DNA from: the human T2T-CHM13v2.0 reference genome, Homo sapiens
Length of the DNA stretch: 64,000 nt
NCBI RefSeq assembly: GCF_009914755.1
Contig: NC_060927.1
Reading direction: 5' to 3' (one strand)
Below the pieces are notes generated by a model that saw only the letters and a list, made by a program, of their open reading frames with translations, did no database searches and had not been told where the DNA came from. Positions 54,550 through 64,000 of the stretch are shown here, piece after piece. The translations under genes and the position numbers were made by a program. Each line of letters opens with the position of its first letter. Position 1 is the first letter of the stretch.

Positions 54550-55285
54550 TCTACACACATGTTAGAATGGCCAAAATCCAGAACACTGACAACACCAAAT
54601 GCTGTTGGAATGTAAAATGGCATAGCCAGTTTCTTACAAAACACACTCTTATGACACAATCCAGCAATGAAGTTCCTTGATGTTTTCCCAAAGGAGCTGA
54701 AAACATGTCCACAAAGAAACGTGCACATGGATGTTTATAGCAGTTTTACTCATAATTGTTAAAACTTGGAAGTAATCAAAATGTCTTTTAGTGGGTGAGG
54801 GGATAAACTGTGGTTCATTCAAACAATGGCACATTATTCACTACTAAGAAACAAATGAGCTCTCAAGCCATGAGGAGATATGGAAGGAACTTAAATGCAT
54901 TCTATTAAGTAAAAGAAGCCAATCTGAAAAGGCTACACATTGCTTGAGTCCAACTATATGATATTCTGGAAAAGGTAAAACCATGGAGACAGTAAAAAGT
55001 TCCCTGGTTACTAGGTGTTAGGGAAGAGAGAAGGATGAATAAGTAGAGCACAGAAGAATTTTAGGGCAGTGATACTACTTTGTATGATACTATAATGATG
55101 GCTATTTGCCATTATACATTTGTCCAGACTCATAGCAAGTACAACACCAAGAGTGAAACCTAATGTAAACTATGGACTCTGGTGGAGGATGATAATGAGG
55201 AGGCTACCTTTGTGTTGAGGTAAGGGGTAAATAGGAAATCTCTGTACCTTCAGCTCAATATTGCTGTAAGTTTAAAACTACTCCA
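54550..55285 (+). mobile_element. L1MC-type 3' end
   Basis: AGAATGGCCAAAATCCAGAACACTGACAACACCAAATGCTG...GAAATCTCTGTACCTTC. Confidence 0.85.
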
Positions 55286-55410
55286 AAAACAAAGTTTATT
55301 TTAAAAGCCTTGATTTTACCCTTACTTATTGAATTTACATTAAAAATAAAGCCTTTGGAAAATGCTATTTAACATTCAGAAAGGGGATCTTTAGTTAAAA
55401 TAACAATGCT

Positions 55411-55768
<358 letters not shown>

Positions 55769-57776
55769 CTAGTAAGAGCATCTTTATTATCAGACCTGCA
55801 ATTCAATACAGTTTCCACTAATATCTCAAAAGTGACAAACAAAACAACAAAACAAAACCCAAAACTTGCTACGTCATGATAACAGGGAGAATATGAGAAT
55901 TTGTGCAAGAGATGGAGGTAGAGACGAGCAGCCTTTTCAAGTAGTAGATTTCATGTCCCTGTAATTTAAGTTGATTCCCATGTTTAGATTGGATGTTGAA
56001 GGTTGTCAACCCAGGATGTATGGTTTAATAATCTCAGTGACTCCAATAATTTTAATTCTCTTACTACTCACTTACAAGTGGCAGATACCTAAAACAAACT
56101 ATTTTAAGAAAAAAAAATATGTACTAGAACATAGAACTAAGGAGTCCTTTCATTACCCAGGCTGATTTAATATTTTACCACTATTCTTGGGGGTGGGCTT
56201 GTTTATCGGGCCCAAGTGGGAACCCAGAGAGTTAAGGAGGCAATTCCTAAAACGAAAAGAAGTGTGTTAGCAAAAGGAGGATAGGAGTGTGCATAGCTAC
56301 TATAGCCCATTACAGTGACAAAAGGGATTTAGCGTATTAACTGGAATATTTTGATGCCCATTGCTAGTGAAACTACCTTAATGACTAAAGCAATACTCTC
56401 TCTGTTACCATATGGAGTAGTTTCTTGACAAGGAAAAAGGAACACTGAGGGAAAAGAGATAGTACATACTGTGGGAGAGGAAGTGGTAGTAACAGTTAAA
56501 ATCAAGTTACTTCTGGTCCTAGTTGACCCTGTAATCGTCAACTTTAAAGAGTAAATCTTGAGCAACACTCTGGTGGTAAGTGGTGCACCATCAGGAAAGG
56601 ATTAGCAGAAAGTCAAAAGGGTTTGTTTTTTCCACGGAAAACACCCTGACTATAGCTTCCTAGAGTTAAAATTTGAAAGCCATTAGCAGAAACACACTGA
56701 CTGATATGAACTGTTGTATTTCTTCATAGACATGTTCTAAAAGGAGTTAGCATGCTTTGTTTCGCTCATTCCATGCTCAGTAGCCTTAGGGTGCAGAACA
56801 GAGAATGCACTATGACCTTTTTTCCTACTATTGTCTCTAAATGGATCTCAGCGTGACAATAAATACTAATGTTGTAATAGGAATTGAAACACAACAGTAA
56901 CAAAATTAAGGTTAAAATTCTTTTTCTTCTGTTAAAATTCTATTTCATTAGTGATACACCCCCAAAATAGTACCTATTTTTTGAAATTGTTATACTTGTT
57001 CAAAAGCTTGCAAATTAGTGTAAGCTCAGGACCTGCCGAACATCCTTTCAGCATTATGAGATTCCAGAAAATGTGAATAGGATGTTTCAGTTGTTAGGTA
57101 ATTTCCAGATGCCTTTTTTTTGTGCTCAGATAATTCAAATGGCTTCTTTTCAATACTTCAGGCTTGTCATGTACACTATATTAGAGTGTGTAACATTTTT
57201 GAAGGAATTTGGCACAGGCATCGCTTTTCCACTTCTGACTCTCTAAGTTTGAAGAGTGCCTGCCAAGATCGTTATAAATACATCCTAATAAATATATTTT
57301 CACCAATTTTTGAAGTTCCCTTTTACTTCAAGTGTCAATATTGTATGTGTTACGATAAGAGTAGTTTAATTAGCTATGGTTTTTACTGATATTTTGAATA
57401 AATACACTTAGGCTATATTTATAGCAAACCTCAATATTTGCAAATCATACAGACAGCATGATTTATATGTGATCATTAAGATACACACTTAGCTTAATTT
57501 CAGTCACTATTTCTGTGTCCTTAGGTAAGTAGGAAGGTAGGTAAAATTTCCTCAAAATTATAGACACAAAATTTAGAGTGTTTCTTTGTCTTCTTTATTG
57601 CTTTTTTGGCTTAGTTGAGTCATAATTTACATTACTGTCATTTCCTGTTTTCTTACCTTAACATTACTATAACAAGAAAATGTGTAGAGTATGACTTAAT
57701 AAACTGCTTTAAAAAGTTTATTATATTTTTGGATATACATAAAATTTTTAAACAATTTTAGAATATACAAGTGTTC

Positions 57777-58081
57777 GGCTGGGCGTGGTGCCTCATGCCT
57801 ATAATCCCAGCACTTTAGGAGGCCCAGGTGGCCAGATCACGATGTCAGGAGTTCGAGAGCAGCCTGGCAAACACAGTGAAACCGTGTCTCTACTAAAAAT
57901 ACAAAAAATAAGCCGGGCGTGGTGGTGTGCACCTGTAACCCAGCTACTTGGGAGGCTGAGGCAGGAGAATCATGTGAACCCGGAAGGCAGCGGAGGTTTC
58001 AGTCAGCCGAAATTGAACCGTTGCACTCCAGCCTGGGCGACAGTGTGAGACTCTGTCTCAAAAAATAAATAAATAAATAAA
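57777..58081 (+). mobile_element. AluS (Sg-like)
   Basis: Full Alu with TSD AGAATATACAAGTGTTC / AGAATATGTAAGTGTTC. Confidence 0.92.
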
Positions 58082-58666
58082 AGAATATGTAAGTGTTCAT
58101 CCATTCAAACATTTATTTCCTCATTATTTTTATAAAATCTTTCTAAATGAAGAGTGCAAATAACTCCCAAAAACTAATTTTTGCTAAAACATTTGAGGCA
58201 GCATGGTATAAGGGTTAGTCACATTCCAAAACAGTGTTATGTTATAGCGGACCTGCCATAATTTCATGCTAATATAATTCAAAACTGATTCTAATGGAGG
58301 ATGGCAGGTACATTTGTTAACCTGATAAAGCAGAAATGGAAAGCAAACCTCGTTTGCAACTAACTCAGTCCACCAATATTGAGCTTATGTTATTCTTGCC
58401 AAATTTAATAATTTCTGGGATTAATACAATTTTAAAATGTGTGCATTAAGAGAGAATTTTCCCTAATGAAGATTTGCATAACTCATTTCGCAACCACACT
58501 ATAACGGAAAGAAGCTTTAATTTGGATTTGATAACAGTTGGGTTGGAATCCTAGCGATGTGTAAATTTAGAGAAGTTGCTTAGTATTTCCAAGACTCAGC
58601 TTTTTCATCTAAAAGAGGAGAGAATAATACATACTTCAGACAATTTCTGGAGATTATATGTAGTGC

Positions 58667-58740
58667 CTAAGTACTTGCCTACAAAAGAGATTACTAAGTA
58701 CTTGCCTACAAAAGAGATTACTTGCCTACAAAAGAGATTA
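58667..58740. repeat. 27-bp tandem duplication plus a 20-bp third copy
   Basis: CTAAGTACTTGCCTACAAAAGAGATTA x2, then CTTGCCTACAAAAGAGATTA. Confidence 0.95.
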
Positions 58741-58790
58741 ATATTATTCTATTTATTTCCATGATTGCTAACAGTATTTGATCATTCCTC

Positions 58791-58858
58791 TAGCTTATTG
58801 TTTCCACAACTGGCTTTTTAGCTTGTTGTTTCCACAACTGGCTTTTTAGCTTGTTGTT
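58791..58858. repeat. 28-bp tandem repeat, ~2.4 copies
   Basis: TAGCTT(A/G)TTGTTTCCACAACTGGCTTTT. Confidence 0.95.
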
Positions 58859-61436
58859 GAAATTTACTTCTTCTGTAGTGGTTGGTCAAAGATGGCTGAA
58901 ATGCCTGATGGGATTTCTGATATTTTTGTATTTGTCCTTGTACTAAGTGATGAGTTTTCCATGCCTATTGGTTCACAAATGGGGAATCCAGCAAACTGAT
59001 AAAACTTCAGTGACAGGAGAGACTATAACTTATTTTCTCAGTTAATTATGAGAAATTTGGACAGACAAATGTACAAGATCTTTCAAGCAAAATCTGGCAA
59101 TTTTACTCTCCCAACCCTGTTTGCTGCTGGGATTGTTTAGTTCATGAGTCCAGGGTTTCAGATGAATTGTGGACTACACCAACTTTATTTAAATTTTTTA
59201 AAGTATTGAAAATGTTTTTTAAAAGGGAAGCAGCTTTATACTCAAAATATAAATTGAGTATGGAACTTGTTTTCATTAAAATAGTAGCAAATGGCAAGTT
59301 ATTAATATTAAGTTAAATTGCCTCTATGTTTAAATTATGGTTATGAAGAAACAATAATATGTTTCATAAAATTAGTGTACTTATTTCTCATAATCTATGC
59401 TTCATTCACCTAATAATTAATTTACTTGTATAAAAGGAATTTTATTATGGTGTATACTCTATTATCAACTGTCTGGACTTGTCTTAATTAGACTAGCTAT
59501 AAAAAGGGAAAACTAAATTCTGACAGCTTTATGTAGTTATTTACATTGCTTTACTTTTCGTATGCTTTTAAAAATTAGGTTACTCATTCAATGGATTTAA
59601 TGATAAAAAATATTATGAAATTACCCTTATTAATTAAAATCATGCTTTGTGTAATTTATCCATGTCTTTATAAGCTTTGTATTTTTAATAAAAGGCACAT
59701 TGCCCATATTGTCTGTGCCCTTTTGTCTGGTAACTTTAGAATATAGTCTATTTGTCTAATATCATTTTCTTCTAAGTTAATTAGATAATTTACAAAATCA
59801 GGATCATTAAAAATACTCTAGCAATGTCCTCTGGATCAGTTTCTCTCAGTAATTTTGAATAATTCTATGGTGTTCAGGGATTCCTTACAAATAAGTTGAA
59901 TTAATTGAGAATGAAAGAATATAGAGGGGAACAATTAATTTCAAGAAAATGTGTAAATGCTACTCTTATTGAAAGACACTGAAAAAATTATTAACTGCTT
60001 GTCAACCCCTGCATCTTCTATAGACAACAAGAAGAGTTGTCATAAGCATTATCTGGGTCACAGCATGATTTGTATGGGAACCATGTAGCAGAACTGTGTC
60101 CTGGAATCAAACTAAAGAAATAGCACTTAAAAATTCTCTCTGTCTCAATAGTGTTTAGAAGATACACTGTGCGAGTTATTTCCTCTGATTTGTCCAATAA
60201 AATTATTTTACTGCCTTCTGGAATGGATTTCCACATCTTGTACTTAGTTAAAACCTATTTACTTATGCTTGGAATCTTTTGCTTTGTTAAAGGGTATCAC
60301 TCTCATTGTCATCACAAGATTCACATGATGCATTTTTAGATGACAGAGAACATAAACCTCTCTAATTATGTGAATTAACAAATATCTTAACTTTTGGACC
60401 GATTTTTCCACTAGTTTATGTATTACTTGAATTATTCATAGAAAGAATTATGTTTCCTTTTGAAATTTATTTGAAAGCCAGGGTATTTAACAACATAGAA
60501 AATATAAGTTTATTTTTCTGATTTTTTTGTGAATTTTGAGAAAAATGTTGGCTATTTCTTATGAAAATAGGAAGATACATAAAAATTATCTGAAATAACT
60601 GAGTTTTTCTCTTCCATATTTTGTTTTGATTTTATATTTATTTTATATGTTATTTATTTCAGAATATCTAGAAAGTATTAATTTGTGTAAGTAGTTGTGA
60701 TTTTAAATACTACCATGTTTGTTTTATATATGAATATCAAAAAAACTCCACAAATTTTCCAAATGGAAATATTGAAATAAAACAAAAACCCACATGGTTA
60801 TCCAAGATAAGAATGAATTGGGTGATTATGGTTCATTTTTATTTGATAATAATCCAAGTATCCAAGCAGTTGCTAAAGATAGTGGCACTATCAATATAAG
60901 AAAGCTATTGCTGTTGAGGGAAAACTATTCTAAAAATCATTTCCTTGATTGTCTTCCTTATGAACCTCAAGTTATTTGACTGTAGGAGTTAGTTTTTCCC
61001 CAAGTAAAATTGCAAGCAGCCATTTTACTGGATTGTGTTGGGTTCTGTGTTTTGCAAGTAAGATGTATCTTCTTAATGTGTTTATTGTATGAAAAGGCAA
61101 GACATAGATTTTACAACAAACATAAAATCTAACAGAGCCTTCCTTATCTGTTGTTTCCCACGAGGGTTCATTTGACATCTACTTGAACTATAGTAAGCTA
61201 TTTTTATAATGAGGCTCAGATAATCAAATCAAAATTATGTGTGATACCTGGTCTCAGTGCATGATCTTCCAGAGGTTATCTTTAGATTAGAATGGCTTTA
61301 TAAACATAGAGATAATTTTGCATTCATATTTTAAACCACTAGTTTAAATTCACAAAAGGTTTTCCTGCCAGTTTTAATATAGCAAATATGTTCTCCGGAG
61401 CAAGTAATTCCCATCCAATTTTAAGGTCCTGATGTT

Positions 61437-61479
61437 CCCCTTTTAATGCCTGAAGTACCCCTTTTAATGCCTGAAGTAC
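61437..61479. repeat. 21-bp perfect tandem duplication
   Basis: CCCCTTTTAATGCCTGAAGTA x2. Confidence 0.95.
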
Positions 61480-62208
61480 AGAACTGAAAGAAAACATTTA
61501 ACAATAAGGGACAGGTACTAAGGAACAAACTTCAGAAACTATGCAATTACTGATCAAAATGCAAAGAGTGAAATTTTATTTTTTTAATGTTGTTTATAAT
61601 TGAGCAAGAGTAGATTTGACCAGCATGCAGCTCTGTAAACATTTTGGTAAATTTTGAGACTTGCAACGCTTGCTAACAATTGTTCTGGAACTCTGGATTT
61701 CTCAGGCTTGGTAAGAGCCTTATAAAAAGGTTAGCTTGGACGTTTCCAGGAATGGACACAGAGCAATGCGTGTTTTCTTCTGTGATCAGGGGCAGGTAGC
61801 CAGAGGCTCAGATTTGCTAATCTCAATTTGGCACCAATAAATAACCACCTGGTTAACTGTGAGTTATAATAGCTTTCATTAAACAGAAATGGATGCAAAA
61901 AAATATTTTATTTGTTACATTATTTTCTTCAGATACTCCCATACCTATTTGATCTAATACTGTGGGAATAAGGAAAATATTTAGAAAGTTAGGTGTATCT
62001 GGAAAGGGGAAAGATTTTTCATCAAAAAGCTAGATAACTTTCCCTAAAAACGATTGCATTACCACAGATCCACAAAAATTACAGTAAGAATACCAAGCCA
62101 CAAGCTATTTCTTTGTGAAGCTAATTTTAAACTACAGCCTTTCTTCTTCCCAATTGCAACACTTTTGGAGAGGTTTATGTATGCAATGTTAGCTTTATGT
62201 AGGGAATA

Positions 62209-62849
62209 TAGTCATTTCTTGTTATGTTCTATAAAGTCTCTGGAACACTGAGTTAACAAATACTGAACCTCCTTGGGAAAATACAGGGTTAGAATTCTGT
62301 AAACCACTCTGGTCATAATATTTTTGTCAACCAATCAATATATAACCTTTTTGTATGTGTGTTTCTATTTAAAGACACCGTATTTAATATATATCGTTGA
62401 ATCATTATCATTGAACTCATGCCGACAGAGGTGTAACTCTTGCCTGAACACAGTTTATCTAACACAGATATTTTCTCTCTGAGGTTCATCACAGCCTTCT
62501 TGCCCTTAGGAGCACTAGATAGATGGTACTTATGTACTCTGTTTGGAGGCTATTTTAAACAGCAAAATCATCTGCATAGAGCACAAAAAATGAGAAAAAT
62601 GTAGCATGAAATAGACCTTAAAAAGGACACTTGTTTACAGTATGAAATCTAAAACAAGAAGGCAGAGCATTGCCTTGTTTGACCTCAGCTGAGAATGTGC
62701 ATATCAGGCAGCTCAAATTTTTTAGTGCTCTGCACATGTCGGCAAATGACCATGAAAGCACTGCAAGTATTGGCTTTAGGGTTGCAAAAAAGTTTTATTG
62801 AGTAGGCAAATTTGCAAATACAGAATCTGGGAATAATGAAGAATGACTC
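62209..62849 (+). mobile_element. MER82-like TcMar-Tigger DNA transposon
   Basis: GTTATGTTCTATAAAGTC...GAACACTGAGTTA...AAATACAGGGTTAG; degenerate terminal inverted repeats flanked by TA. Confidence 0.8.
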
Positions 62850-63141
62850 TACCACATATTTTGAAAGAGAATGATTTTGAAACGTGTTTGTATATAAGAC
62901 CACTCTATGGAGGCTCTGAATTCTGGAAAGTAATTATATAATTTTAGAGTTGGATGAGATCTTAGGGGCCAGCTAGTCCAAACTCCCATAGCATGTAGAA
63001 ATTTCCTATAAAATATTTCTGAAGAATTTACATCAAATTTCGGTTTTAATGTTTACGATATTTACCGTGATTGGGACCTTACAAATTTCACAGGCATATT
63101 ACTACTTTGGCTGTTTTAATATAACATATAGGTTGCTTCTA

Positions 63142-63144
<3 letters not shown>

Positions 63145-63181
<37 letters not shown>

Positions 63182-63425
63182 GCCCCAGGGTATAGTGTAG
63201 TGGTACAATCATAGCTCACTGTAACCTTGACTTAGTTGGCTTAAGCAATCCTCCTACCTTACACTCTAGAGTAGTTGGGACTACAGGTGTGCATCACCAC
63301 GCCCAGCTAATTATTTTTTTTTTGCCTTTTTATTTTTTGTAGAGATGAGGCCTTGCTATGTTGCTCAGGCTGGACTTGAACTCTTGGGCTCAAGCAATCC
63401 TCCCACTTCGGCCTCCCAAAGCACT
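63145..63425 (-). mobile_element. AluJ with (CT)n in place of the tail
   Basis: GCTCAAGCAATCCTCCCAC is J-type; (CT)n at 63145-63178. Confidence 0.85.
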
Positions 63426-64000
63426 GCTTCTATTCTTTTAAAGCTATAGAGAGCATAAGTCCTTGACTTTGTTCACAAAAAAAAACAGTCTTTTACTTAT
63501 TCCAAGGTTGCTAATATGCTGATACTTTTCTAAGTAAAATATCTTAAGATGACTTTTTAATACTAGTTTTATATGCCTTCATACAAATTGTTGAATAAAA
63601 AACTAAAAGATGAATAGGAGAGTCTCAATGTTCAAAGTTTTAAACCCATGATTGAATGCAACTCTTGGTTCAACATTCTGCATGTCAGTTTGCTGAAACA
63701 AATTCACTCTTGGTTGTTGTTTTTTTTAATGTAGTTGCTTTTTTCAAATACTTTTTTGAAACACACATACATTTTTGTATGTATGTGTTCGTGTGCATGT
63801 GTATATGTGTGTGCATGTGTATATACAGACACAAATACATATATGTGCCTATGTATGTACATTTGTATAGGTATATAATATAACTTGATACTCATGATTA
63901 GCCACTCTGGTGACATTATCAATAAGAAAACAAAGTAAATGGCTTCACTGATGAAATTTCATTTTACAAGGGATTAACTCCATGATTTTGCTACATGTTA

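Noticed and set aside
58667-58858. 27-28-bp direct repeats superficially like a CRISPR array
   Set aside because: Head-to-tail with no unique spacers, and in a mammalian intron with no cas genes.

Overview
Primate (very likely human) genomic DNA, AT-rich and repeat-dense. The only protein-coding sequence is the first coding exon of CADM2 (SynCAM2/Necl-3), which lies in a CpG island on the + strand. The ATG is at 22624 and 61 coding nt encode the signal peptide MIWKRSAVLRFYSVCGLLLQ, followed by a phase-1 GT donor at 22685. Positions 1 to ~21600 are upstream intergenic DNA. Positions 22685-64000 are the first ~41 kb of the very long CADM2 intron 1. The rest is Alu, L1, L2, MIR, MaLR/MLT2 LTRs, DNA transposons and microsatellites, including a six-element nested repeat stack at 12.3-15.6 kb with readable target-site duplications. 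Nearly all ORF-track entries are repeat or GC-content artefacts. I see no convincing previously undescribed system. The best leads are candidate recursive-splice/microexon motifs in intron 1 (57524, 24083), divergent CTCF-like motifs around exon 1, an AUG-free 5' leader that is open in frame with the CDS, and several non-B-DNA or inverted-repeat structures. Repeat subfamily calls were made by eye from remembered consensus sequences and need RepeatMasker/Dfam confirmation.
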